Source of the DNA: Prasinococcaceae sp. CCMP 1430
Taxonomy: Eukaryota; Plantae; Prasinodermophyta
DNA: 64,000 bases
NCBI GenBank assembly: GCA_013416795.1
Contig: RQSC01000024.1
Location: forward strand, 225,982-289,981
Reading direction: 5' to 3'
The notes beneath the pieces were generated by a model, which had not been told where the DNA came from, searched no databases, and saw only the letters and a list, made by a program, of their open reading frames with translations. Shown piece after piece: positions 42,659 through 55,000 of this stretch. The position numbers and the translations under genes are program-made. Each line of letters begins with the position of its first letter. Position 1 is the stretch's first letter.

Positions 42659-44983
42659 TCAGCGCGGCTTGCGCCACGAAGATGAGCCTCTGGGCTTGGG
42701 CGCATCCTTCTTCGGCGCGCGATCGACGTCCCCAGGATGCTGCCAATGTGTCTTGGCACCGCTGCCGGTCGCTGCCCCGAAGCGATACTTGGCCTTGAGC
42801 GCATCGCACGCCTTCTGCGCCTCGGCGTCGCTGCGCATGTTGACGAACGCGTACGCCATGGCCTCTCCCGCGTGCGTCAACTTGTACTTCACAAGTACCC
42901 TCTCGACGACGCCAAAGCGCTCGAATTCCTGCGCGAGCGACTTCTGCGTGCTGCCGCTGGCAACGTTGCCAACCCACAAGTTCCTGGTAGCGATGAAGGC
43001 ATCCCCAGCAGTCCCTTCCGTCTGCATCGTCGAAGACTGGGGCGCCTCGCCACCCGCGCACGCACCAGCCTCGACACGGCGGCTCCGGTTGCCGTTGCTC
43101 GACGACGCGCCAGAGCTTCCCGATCCCAAGCGCTTGAGCTGCCGAGCGACGTGCTGCGGCTTCTCCCGGTGCCGCCTGATGCCCACGCTCTCGTGCTCGA
43201 AGAAGCATTCGTAGCGCACAACCTCTCCCTCCAACACGCGCTGGCGCATCTCGAGGTCCGTCCACTCCACGAACTCGACGATCGCGAAAAACGTGTCGGG
43301 CGCGTGACGGTTCTCGCGCACGATCGTGCGGGAAACGGTGCCCCACGCAGCGAAGAAATCGGACACGTAGTCCTCGGCAGCTCGGTAGGACTCGGCGATC
43401 TCGCCCTTGCGACCTCCCCTGTCTTTGCCGCGGCGGCCATCGGAAACGTCGGCGAGAAACTGCTCCACGAATATCAGTGGGAGCGCCGGGATGTTGAGCT
43501 TTGGGCAGTTGTCGTCGCCAACGATGTAGCCATCCTCGTCAACCTCAAGGTTGTCCAGGCCAGCTGTCGCGAACTCACGCCTCGCGCTGCTGCCCTTAGC
43601 GGATGTGACCGCCGCCACGGGGCTGGCGCCCTCCGACTCCACTTCCTTCGCGGTGCCGTTTGCGACGGACCCAGCGAGTGGAGGCTGCGTCGGTTCGGGC
43701 GTTGGGGGGGAGGCGAGCTTATCGTCGCCGTGCACGCTCGTATCCACGCACTGGAGCTTCGAACCGAAGCCCGGCGGCGCATTCGGCGCCTCCGCCTCCG
43801 CATGGTTGTGCGAACGTGCCTGCTGCTGCTGCTGCTGCTGGGCCTGCGGCTGCACTCTCATGCGCGAGGGTGTCACGCATTCACTGAGCCATGCTTGGTC
43901 AATCGGGAGTACGGCGCGCGCCGACGGATACGCGTCCTGAAGCGCAACGACAGCCACCGCCCTGAAGGCCCTCGCACCGCGACGAGTGGACAAGGTGTCG
44001 ACTGCCAGTGCAACGTGTGTATCCGCCGCGTCCGCGTCGAGCTTGAGCGGGAACAAAAGCTGCAGTGCGCGCCGCCGCGCGTCGTAGCGCGGGACGGCGA
44101 GGCGCGGGTTGGCGAGCACCTCACGCTGCGCGCGGTGAACTGCCTCATCGAGGGCATGCTTGCGGCCCTGCGGCGCCAGCGCCGCCAGTGGCACGTTCGC
44201 CGCGCGCGCCGCGACGTCGAGAGCAGCGCCCGGCGCAAGGGCCGCAGGCCAAAAGCTCGGGTCGTAGTCGAGCGGGAGCGAGCGCACCGGCGGGCGATAC
44301 AGGAGGTCGAGTGGGTCGTCGAAGAACGTGGCGCGCTCGGGCACTCGCACGAGAGCTTCTGTCGCGTTCCACGGAGACGCGGGGTCGCGCAGCTCCTCAG
44401 CGGTACAGAGGGCGTACATCTGCCACGGGCGCTGCGCCAGCGAAGACTGGCTGGAGCTGCTGTGCAGCACGGCATAGATGGGGTCCTCACTCGTGCGAGT
44501 GAGGAGAGACGTGCAGAAGCACGCCCATGTTGGCACGCCGTGCTCGTCGAACGATTGGAGCACCAAGCCCTGCGCCACCAGGCACACGAAGTGAAGGTCG
44601 AGATACTCGGCCAGAACGTCGGAGCTCTCGCTCCCTGCGATGCCCCACTGCTCTGCCTTGGCCATGCCCTCAAGCTGGTCCAGCAGGCTGGGGTCGACGT
44701 TCGCAAATGTGAAAAGGCCAGGGGCATCCGGACGCCAGCCTTGCAGCAGAAGGCCGGCGGTGTTCAGCTCGCTCCACATGCCGCGCTCGCCCATGAGCTG
44801 ATTTCCAGCAATCGCGGGCTCGCACCATCCCGGCTCTGGGCCAATCTCAGGGAAGAGCATCGGCAGCACCCCTTTGGAGACGGCGGTGCCCCGGCGCAAT
44901 GACTCGTGGCCGTTGGCGTGCGCGGTGCCGTTGGCCGCAGCGCATTGCTGGTGAAACTGGTGGTGGTGCACGACCATCGCCAT
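42659..44983 (-). CDS. DUF3825-domain protein fused to two C-terminal RRM-like domains; intronless (774 aa)
   Basis: LFTFAN...LEGMAKAEQW, LAEYLDLHF, WACFCTSLLTR, PERATFFDDPLDLLY, NPRLAVPRY, LQLLFPL, AYPSARAV...AWL match DUF3825. NLWVGNV...EFERFGVV...YAFVNM is an RRM; a degenerate RRM precedes it. Confidence 0.78.
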   Translation of the reverse strand: MAMVVHHHQFHQQCAAANGTAHANGHESLRRGTAVSKGVLPMLFPEIGPEPGWCEPAIAGNQLMGERGMWSELNTAGLLLQGWRPDAPGLFTFANVDPSLLDQLEGMAKAEQWGIAGSESSDVLAEYLDLHFVCLVAQGLVLQSFDEHGVPTWACFCTSLLTRTSEDPIYAVLHSSSSQSSLAQRPWQMYALCTAEELRDPASPWNATEALVRVPERATFFDDPLDLLYRPPVRSLPLDYDPSFWPAALAPGAALDVAARAANVPLAALAPQGRKHALDEAVHRAQREVLANPRLAVPRYDARRRALQLLFPLKLDADAADTHVALAVDTLSTRRGARAFRAVAVVALQDAYPSARAVLPIDQAWLSECVTPSRMRVQPQAQQQQQQQARSHNHAEAEAPNAPPGFGSKLQCVDTSVHGDDKLASPPTPEPTQPPLAGSVANGTAKEVESEGASPVAAVTSAKGSSARREFATAGLDNLEVDEDGYIVGDDNCPKLNIPALPLIFVEQFLADVSDGRRGKDRGGRKGEIAESYRAAEDYVSDFFAAWGTVSRTIVRENRHAPDTFFAIVEFVEWTDLEMRQRVLEGEVVRYECFFEHESVGIRRHREKPQHVARQLKRLGSGSSGASSSNGNRSRRVEAGACAGGEAPQSSTMQTEGTAGDAFIATRNLWVGNVASGSTQKSLAQEFERFGVVERVLVKYKLTHAGEAMAYAFVNMRSDAEAQKACDALKAKYRFGAATGSGAKTHWQHPGDVDRAPKKDAPKPRGSSSWRKPR

Positions 44984-45410
44984 GTCCACCGCGGCGACGC
45001 ACCGGCCGGGCGAACGTGCGCCACGCAGCCAAGGGCCGCGCGTGCGCCAGCGACGCCACGAGGCGCGCCCTCGGCTCGGCGGTCGGCGCCCGCTCCGCGC
45101 GGCGGCGGCGCAGTGNNNNNNNNNNNNNNNNNNNNNNNNNNNNNNNNNNNNNNNNNNNNNNNNNNNNNNNNNNNNNNNNNNNNNNNNNNNNNNNNNNNNN
45201 NNNNNNNNNNNNNNNNNNNNNNNNNNNNNNNNNNNNNNNNNNNNNNNNNNNNNNNNNNNNNNNNNNNNNNNNNNNNNNNNNNNNNNNNNNNNNNNNNNNN
45301 NNNNNNNNNNNNNNNNNNNNNNNNNNNNNNNNNNNNNNNNNNNNNNNNNNNNNNNNNNNNNNNNNNNNNNNNNNNNNNNNNNNNNNNNNNNNNNNNNNNN
45401 NNNNNNNNNC

Positions 45411-45683
45411 ATGCACACCGGCGACTTCCGGCTCGAGGCGCTCGGGGACGGCGATGCGCGCTCCGCGCTCCCCGAAGCCGTGACGCGTGCTCCCGTGGAT
45501 GAGCTGTGGCTTGACGACACCTACCTGCGCTCAGGCGCAGAGTTCCCTGCGCGCGTGGTCGTGCTCAAGGCGGGGGGCGGCGATGGCTGCGTCGGGTGGC
45601 GGATCGGACGCGGCATCGGCCGGGGCATCGGCGAGCGACGCGACGGCGGCCATCGATCCTTCCGTCTCGGGCCTACTGACTGA
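45411..45683 (+). CDS. Fragment of SNM1/Artemis/Apollo (DCLRE1) metallo-beta-lactamase nuclease, truncated on both sides
   Basis: HTGDFR...VDELWLDDTYL....FPAR directly after the N gap; no beta-CASP region follows. Confidence 0.6.
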   Translation: MHTGDFRLEALGDGDARSALPEAVTRAPVDELWLDDTYLRSGAEFPARVVVLKAGGGDGCVGWRIGRGIGRGIGERRDGGHRSFRLGPTD

Positions 45684-48600
45684 GGTCGAGGCCGAGGCGC
45701 CCGCGCGCCACAGGGAGAGCGGCGCGGAGCCGGGTGCCGACGGAAGCGAGGGCTACGCTGCAGGCGCCGAGAGCGAAGGCGTCGAGGCAGGGGGCAGCAG
45801 CGGCAACGATGGGAGCACCGACGCCGATGAGTGGCTGGCAGAGAGTACGACGCCGCGGAGCGTGACCGCCACCCTGACCGAAGCTGAGGACTTCATCGCG
45901 AGCGGCCCCAGTGGGGACATCAGCGATCCAGTCGACGATGCCGACGCGACCGCGGGCGATCGTGGCGAGGACCCGATTCACAGTGAGCACGAGCGTGGCG
46001 AGGCTGGCGTTGGTGTCGAGGCAGACGCAGGGGGGACTACCGGCTGGGACACCGACGAAGTTGCGTGCGCCGACGTGCCACTCAAAGATGATGCAAGCGC
46101 GGCCCTTGATCCTGCCGCGGAAGGCTGCGTCGCGAGCGCCGCGACTGCCAACGGTCCGATGTTTGAAGGCGGTGCGAGCTCGCCGGAGGGGCAGCATCAG
46201 CCGCCTGCAGCGGAAGCCGAACCGGTGATCGCTGTCGCAGCTATGGCGGCAGGCCCAATGTTCGGTGCCCCACGCACCGGCAGCGGCGATGCATTCTTCG
46301 GCTCTCTCGGCGGCTGCGCGGACCCGTCGCCATCCGGACGAGCAGCGGGTGCCTCCGCCGTCGAAGCGCCCGCAGCTGCCCAGGTTCGAGCGGCAAGTAC
46401 CACCGCCCCGATCGCGTTCTCATCGTCGACGGATGATCTCGCTGGCACGGGCTCTTTCGATGCGCTTTTCGGAGGTGGCGCGACAGACCCGCAATACCAG
46501 CAGCAGCAGCAGCAACAGGAGCCAGGTGGTGGCCTGCCCCAGGATTGGATCGAGCAAATCGATCCCTCCTCGGGGTACCCCTACTACCTCAACACAGCTA
46601 CAGGCGAGTCGTCGTGGGAGGTGCCCTCTTTGCCGCAGACGCAACAGCAGTCCGAGATGAGCGCGGCGCAGCCAATCTCAGCGGGCGCACAACACGGGCA
46701 AACGCAGGTGGAGACCACGGTCGCCGCCGACGAGAAAGCGCACCAGGCGCAGCAGCAAGAAGCCAGCGCGCCAGGTGCGGACGCTGCTGCAGGGCACCAT
46801 GAAGGCCTCCCTGAGGGCTGGATTGAGCAAATTGACCCTTCGAGTGGGTACCCGTATTTTCTCAACACGATCACCGGCGAGAGCAGCTGGGAGAGGCCGA
46901 GTTCGACGCCACAGCTGGACGCGCAATCGTGCCCGCCCGTGATGTCGTCGGAGCTGGGCGCGCCTGACGACGGTGGCGCGTCATTCTTTGACAAAATTGG
47001 TGAGTCCACGGCCGCTTCGGAGCCTGCGCCTGCATCTCCCGCCCCGGAGCCCGCGCCTGCCCCGCCCGCCCCTACGGAGGAGTCCAATGGCGACGACGGT
47101 TCACTCTTTGAGGGTCTGCCACCGCCAGAGGAACCCTCTGCGACTTTGCAGTGCGCACCTGGCGCGGATGGCCAGGTTGCACTAGAATCGGCAGCCGAGG
47201 AGACACCAGCCGTGGCGGCCGTCGAGCCATCTACTGAGACAGCAGCTGCTGAGGCTCACGCCGTCGCCGGCACGCAGAGCGCCGCGCAGAGCTCCGAGGC
47301 AGATGGAACGAGCGCCGAGGACGTCACGTTTGCCGGCGCCGATGTGGATCAAGAGCAGAGTGCCGAGGCCGGCGAAGAGACGCCCGCTGCTTGTGCAGCC
47401 GACTCTATCTCAGGCTCGGACGACCTTCCGGACGGGTGGACCGCGCAAACCGATCCGGCCACAGGGCACACATACTACCTGAACACCACAACGGGGGAAT
47501 CCTCTTGGGAGCGACCTGCTCCAGCAGCTGGTCCAGTCGCTGCCACACCCGACGCTACTGCAACAGCTGCCACCGGTCATGTCGACAGCCTCGCATATCC
47601 GCATGTGGGGCAGCACGAGCAAGCGCATGCTCAGCAAGAGCATGCGTCAGCCAGCCATGCCGAAACTCATGGCGAGCTCCCGGACGGGTGGGTGTCGGCT
47701 GTGGATGAGTCGTCAGGATACACATACTACACAAACACACACACGGGCGAGTCTTCGTGGGAACCTCCGGTCGAGTCCCCAGCACCGATGGTGCCAGCGA
47801 TGCCAGCGGCGCCAGCGGCGCCGGAAGCGCCAGCGGCGCCGGAAGCGCCAGCGGCGCCGGCGGCACCAGCGCCGTTCACGCCCGTCAAACCCGCTGCCGA
47901 CGCTACGTCCGCGCCCTCACCCGTCGCCTTCACTCCTGTGATGCCTTCGCAGCAGCAAGCTGCGGCACCTGTTCCATTTGTTTCGGCGATGGCAGATGAC
48001 GCCCAACTTCAGCGGTATTCAGCACAGCAACAGCAACAGCCATTTGCTCCCACCGCGTGGCAACCGCCCGGCTCGTCCGCTGGATTCGGATTTCCGCAGA
48101 CCTCGTCGCTTCAGCAGCAGCAACAGCCAAGGCAGCTTCCGCCGCCGCCCCGCACGCGCGACGAGGCGCTGCGGTGCCCGGCCGGACGGCCGCCGTGCCC
48201 CGCGGTGGCATTCGGATCGAATGGTCTCATGGTTGTGGCTGGTGCCGGTTCAGGAACCATCTCGGACTGTGGCATTGGATCTGTCGACATGTATCCCCTC
48301 GGGCCATTCCTCAAAGACGGCGGTGTGGATCCCGACTGCGAGTTCCTGGAGCATGCGGCGGCGGTCGGCCCAGCGCGCGGGGGAAGTTGCAACGATAAGT
48401 TTGCCGCCGTGGGCCAGGAGCTGGCGGCACACCGCGAGCAGCAGGACCAGGCGTCACTCTGGCGCTTCCTGGGGACATATGCGCGGCGCAAGGGTGACAT
48501 GGGGGTGGCAGGGCTCAGCAGCGGGGCAGGTGGCGCCGCCGAGCTCGCTGCGGTGCTCAATGTGGAATCAGCGCAGACGGCGGGCGCTCTCATCTCGTCG

Positions 48601-50532
48601 GCGTCGAATGGCACCACGGGCCCACACGCAGAAGCGACGGCAGCAGCCGATGTCGAAGCCAAGCTCGCAATCGGTGACCTTGCTGGTGCCCACAGCACTT
48701 GCATGGCTGCCGGCGGCGCGCTGTCGGCACTAGGCTTGCTTATCGCGCTCAGCGGGCGGCTTGGTCCAGACGTTCTGGGCCGCGCCGCCGCCGAGTACAC
48801 CTCTGCGACGTTCACAGCAGGAACGCCACTGTCGAGTGCCGCGGCAGTGCTCGCGCGCAATGCCAGTGCCATCTTCACCTCCGCCGCTGCAGACAACGGC
48901 GCGGCGCTCCTGGGCACCTGGCGCCGACATCTCGCATCGATGGTGTGTGCGGGTGCAGAGCCTGTAGCTGTTGGCACGCTCGGAGACCGGCTGTGGGACG
49001 TCCGTGGCGATTTGGTGGGTGCGCACCTCTGCTATGTGCTGGCGGGCTCGACACCCGAAGCCTTTGCACCTGGTGCCCGCCTGTGCCTCGTGGGCGGCGA
49101 TCACAAGCGCTTCCCGCGCACATTCGCACGCGCTGAGACCGTGCTGGCCACCGAGTGCATCGAAGCCGCAGTCATGTCCGCTGCTGGGGCCGCAGGCTCG
49201 GGCGCCAGCGCGCACCCTGCCTCGATGGCACACTTCGCGCCGTACAAGGTGTACATGGCCTCCCTATTGGCAGAGCACGGCAAGGGCAAGGCGGCAGCTG
49301 CGTACGCCGCCGACGCGGCCAAGGCACTGCGCGCTCATTCACCGTCGCCTGACCGCCCGACGGCGGCGATGGTGGCAGCGATTGCCATGGAAGATCGCCT
49401 CAAGGGAGGCGCGGGTGGTTTTCTCGCGGGCATTGGCGGCAACGTCGGCGCTACAGCCAGCAAGATGTTCGGTGGTATTTTCCGCGCGCTCGACAAGGTC
49501 ATCGGCGACGCCGAGCCTGAAATGCAGCAGCAGCAGCAGCAGCAACACATGCAAATGCATCAGGGTGGAGGGGAGGCGAACGGACACGCGCACGCCACGC
49601 CACCAAGGCACGCGAGGGGCGCAGGAATAGGCGGGCAAGCGCAAGCGCCCGTGGCGCCGGCGAATACGCCCGTCGCGCAGGGGAGCACGGGCGCAAATGG
49701 TATGACAGGGGGCGAGTCTGATACATCCAAGAGCGAGAGCGTGGACGAGAACAAGACCCCGAATAAGGCTGAGGGTGCGGGAGTGATGGGGCGCATGCTC
49801 AGTGGGCTCTTCGGCGCATCCAAGTCCAAGCAAGCCAAGCTCGGTGCGGAGGAGAACAAATTTTTCTACGACGACAAATTGAAGATGTGGCGCGTGGAAG
49901 GCGAAGACATCCCCGACGAGTTCAAGCCACCGCCGCCGCCGCCGAAGACGAGCTTCCATTCTGATCTCAAGAAGGCCGACGGCGCTCAAGCGGTGGAACG
50001 TGGTATCGGCGGTGGCGCAGGCGCAGGCGCTGCTGGAGGTGGTGCTGGTGGAGGCGGCACTGGTGCCGCATCAGCGGGGGGGGAGGGCGACCCGCTGTGC
50101 GCCCCGCCGCCCCGGCGTGCAACTACACGCGCAGGCCGCCGCGCCAACGTGCGCTCGCGCTACGTCGACACGATGGGTGGGAGCGGTGCCTCTGCTAGCG
50201 CAAACGCTGGCGGGGGCTTCGCAACTCCGCCCACACCTGCAGCCTTCATGCCGGTCACACCCCCGGCGCCGAATGGGGGCGGCGGAGGCGGCGCCTCGCC
50301 CTCGCCCGCGGCTTTCATGGTGCCTGGCCCGGCGCCCGTGGCGCAGGCCGAGGCACCCACGGCTGAAACGAGTGCTGCTACCCCGCCGCCAATGGATGCC
50401 ATGGCAGCGTTCGTCGCCGAGCAGCAGGCCCAGGCCGCAGCTGCGCCCGTCTCCGCGCCTGCGGCGCCTGTGCCCGCGGAGCCGTCCAGCGGCGCGTTTG
50501 ACGACAGCGGCTTCGAGGACGTTTCGCTCTGA
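45583..50532 (+). CDS. SEC16: COPII scaffold Sec16-like protein with four WW domains; intronless
   Basis: PPCPAVAFGSNG, LWRFLG, GTWRRHLASM, LGDRLW....AHLCY.LAG, LCLVGGDH, PYKVYMASLLAEHG, AKLGAEENKFFYDDKLKMWRVEG, RSRYVDT, terminal FEDVSL. WW repeats at 46534-46626, 46807-46899, 47425-47517, 47677-47769. Confidence 0.88.
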   Translation: MAASGGGSDAASAGASASDATAAIDPSVSGLLTEVEAEAPARHRESGAEPGADGSEGYAAGAESEGVEAGGSSGNDGSTDADEWLAESTTPRSVTATLTEAEDFIASGPSGDISDPVDDADATAGDRGEDPIHSEHERGEAGVGVEADAGGTTGWDTDEVACADVPLKDDASAALDPAAEGCVASAATANGPMFEGGASSPEGQHQPPAAEAEPVIAVAAMAAGPMFGAPRTGSGDAFFGSLGGCADPSPSGRAAGASAVEAPAAAQVRAASTTAPIAFSSSTDDLAGTGSFDALFGGGATDPQYQQQQQQQEPGGGLPQDWIEQIDPSSGYPYYLNTATGESSWEVPSLPQTQQQSEMSAAQPISAGAQHGQTQVETTVAADEKAHQAQQQEASAPGADAAAGHHEGLPEGWIEQIDPSSGYPYFLNTITGESSWERPSSTPQLDAQSCPPVMSSELGAPDDGGASFFDKIGESTAASEPAPASPAPEPAPAPPAPTEESNGDDGSLFEGLPPPEEPSATLQCAPGADGQVALESAAEETPAVAAVEPSTETAAAEAHAVAGTQSAAQSSEADGTSAEDVTFAGADVDQEQSAEAGEETPAACAADSISGSDDLPDGWTAQTDPATGHTYYLNTTTGESSWERPAPAAGPVAATPDATATAATGHVDSLAYPHVGQHEQAHAQQEHASASHAETHGELPDGWVSAVDESSGYTYYTNTHTGESSWEPPVESPAPMVPAMPAAPAAPEAPAAPEAPAAPAAPAPFTPVKPAADATSAPSPVAFTPVMPSQQQAAAPVPFVSAMADDAQLQRYSAQQQQQPFAPTAWQPPGSSAGFGFPQTSSLQQQQQPRQLPPPPRTRDEALRCPAGRPPCPAVAFGSNGLMVVAGAGSGTISDCGIGSVDMYPLGPFLKDGGVDPDCEFLEHAAAVGPARGGSCNDKFAAVGQELAAHREQQDQASLWRFLGTYARRKGDMGVAGLSSGAGGAAELAAVLNVESAQTAGALISSASNGTTGPHAEATAAADVEAKLAIGDLAGAHSTCMAAGGALSALGLLIALSGRLGPDVLGRAAAEYTSATFTAGTPLSSAAAVLARNASAIFTSAAADNGAALLGTWRRHLASMVCAGAEPVAVGTLGDRLWDVRGDLVGAHLCYVLAGSTPEAFAPGARLCLVGGDHKRFPRTFARAETVLATECIEAAVMSAAGAAGSGASAHPASMAHFAPYKVYMASLLAEHGKGKAAAAYAADAAKALRAHSPSPDRPTAAMVAAIAMEDRLKGGAGGFLAGIGGNVGATASKMFGGIFRALDKVIGDAEPEMQQQQQQQHMQMHQGGGEANGHAHATPPRHARGAGIGGQAQAPVAPANTPVAQGSTGANGMTGGESDTSKSESVDENKTPNKAEGAGVMGRMLSGLFGASKSKQAKLGAEENKFFYDDKLKMWRVEGEDIPDEFKPPPPPPKTSFHSDLKKADGAQAVERGIGGGAGAGAAGGGAGGGGTGAASAGGEGDPLCAPPPRRATTRAGRRANVRSRYVDTMGGSGASASANAGGGFATPPTPAAFMPVTPPAPNGGGGGGASPSPAAFMVPGPAPVAQAEAPTAETSAATPPPMDAMAAFVAEQQAQAAAAPVSAPAAPVPAEPSSGAFDDSGFEDVSL

Positions 50533-50694
50533 GACACGCGCGCGCCCGACGCGCAGGTAATGACGCGGTTTCATGTTTCACGCGCGCACGCGCGCATGGA
50601 CACCTCGACGAAAGGCTTCGTGGGCATACGTGTGAGACAGAAAGTCCTGAGAAGTAGATCAAACGTTGTTGCGATGCGGCGGTCGTTGACCTAC

Positions 50695-51477
50695 TCACGC
50701 GGCAGCCTCCACGCCCTTGATGATGCTCTTGAGACCCGCAAGACGAATCTTTGCCTCCTGGCGCGCCTTGACCATGTTGAGCATGTCCTCGAATTCCTCC
50801 CTGTTTTCGCCCGCGGTGCCCTCCTGGATGGCCTTGTTAATGTCAGCTTCCTGCGCCTCCATCATTTCAAGGAGTCCATCAACCGCCAGCATGGCCTCCT
50901 CGCTCGAGACTTGCTCGGTATCGAAAGCCGCCTGCAGGTTCTTCGCAATCTCCTCCTCGCCGCCGTTGGGGTCGATCTGCAGCAGCTGGTCAATGAGCTG
51001 CATCGCCGGAGGCATTTGCATCTGACCCAGCGTGGCAACCAACAGCTGGCCAACCTGCTGAAGGCTCTGCGCGATTCGTGGGTCCTCACCCTCGCGACCC
51101 ATCGCCTGCGTGTGCACCTGATGAAGCGCAGCGAGCGTCTTCTCGCTGAGCTTGCCCTCGACGGCAGCTGCGCGGACCTTGCCCTGGAGCGTCTCCCAGT
51201 CCTGCGACTCGAGGATATCGTTGAGCAAGCGGAAGTCTGCCTCGCCTGGGGTTGGCAGCCCTGCCGCCGACGCCTCCGCCTGGGCGCTCACCACACCCGC
51301 CGCCTCGGGCGACAGCTGCGGCGTGGACTCGTCGGCGTCCGGGCCGGCAAACTCCTCCACGGCGCGCGCGCGCGCGCGCCGCGGGCTGCCACACGGGGGG
51401 AAGGGAGCCGCGGCGGGCAGGCGCCGATGGCGCCGCGAGTGGCCGCCGCCCGGCGGACGGCCAGAAGACCCTCCCAC
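50695..51477 (-). CDS. Hypothetical helical protein, possibly plastid-targeted (start unresolved)
   Basis: Acidic helical ORF (FRLLNDILES...PPAMQLIDQLLQIDP...RQEAKIRL) preceded by an Arg/Ala-rich segment; no in-frame ATG found before the body. Confidence 0.55.
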   Translation of the reverse strand: MGGSSGRPPGGGHSRRHRRLPAAAPFPPCGSPRRARARAVEEFAGPDADESTPQLSPEAAGVVSAQAEASAAGLPTPGEADFRLLNDILESQDWETLQGKVRAAAVEGKLSEKTLAALHQVHTQAMGREGEDPRIAQSLQQVGQLLVATLGQMQMPPAMQLIDQLLQIDPNGGEEEIAKNLQAAFDTEQVSSEEAMLAVDGLLEMMEAQEADINKAIQEGTAGENREEFEDMLNMVKARQEAKIRLAGLKSIIKGVEAAA

Positions 51478-51496
51478 ACCGGAACAGAAGAAGCCC

Positions 51497-51499
<3 letters not shown>

Positions 51500-51541
<42 letters not shown>
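51500..51541. repeat. A42 homopolymer
   Basis: Directly visible run. Confidence 0.95.
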
Positions 51542-51542
<1 letters not shown>

Positions 51543-51620
51543 CGTGCTCACACTGCGGGCTGCGTTCAGTTCTGCCTGCGAGAGGAAAAGAAAAAGAAAA
51601 AAATGCACGGCGAAACTTTG

Positions 51621-51682
51621 GGTTAGGGTTGAATTTAGGGTAATAATTAGGGTTTATATACGATGCTTGGGCCGAACCCTAA
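51621..51682. promoter_or_regulatory. Telo-box-like cluster, site II-like TGGGCC and minus-strand TATATAAA in the divergent promoter upstream of CDC5
   Basis: TTAGGG 51623, TTTAGGG 51634, TTAGGGTTT 51647, AACCCTAA 51675, TGGGCC 51668, TTTATATA 51653-51660. Confidence 0.5.
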
Positions 51683-51914
51683 CTTCCACGGCGGAAATTT
51701 GGGCGCGTGTCGCGGCGGCATTTCAGATGTGTGTGAATGTGTTTGGGAGCACAATTCGGAGTGCCGCGGTTGCGGGCGTCTGTCGCGTGGCGGCTGCGGG
51801 CGTGTGCGGACCACACCGCGCGCCGCGCGGTGTGCCCCTCCCCCCCCACACACACACCACACACACCTTCCTGACCTTGACCCCAGCGTCGCGCCCTCCC
51901 CCCCACCGGGCGCC

Positions 51915-54925
<3,011 letters not shown>

Positions 54926-54976
54926 ACCACACACGCAACAAGGCAGCGCAAAGGACGAGCTGTCTCGCCCATGTGA

Positions 54977-54981
54977 TGTAA
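54977..54981 (+). terminator. TGTAA chlorophyte-type polyadenylation signal candidate after CDC5 (also at 6212, 25534 and 42540 after other plus-strand stops)
   Basis: TGTAA occurs shortly downstream of four plus-strand stop codons; UGUAA is the established near-upstream element in chlorophytes. Confidence 0.55.
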
Positions 54982-55000
54982 GAAAATGTATAGTACATTG

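Noticed and set aside
51621-51655. Telomere or interstitial telomeric array
   Set aside because: Only three dispersed units with spacers; better read as telo-box-like promoter motifs.
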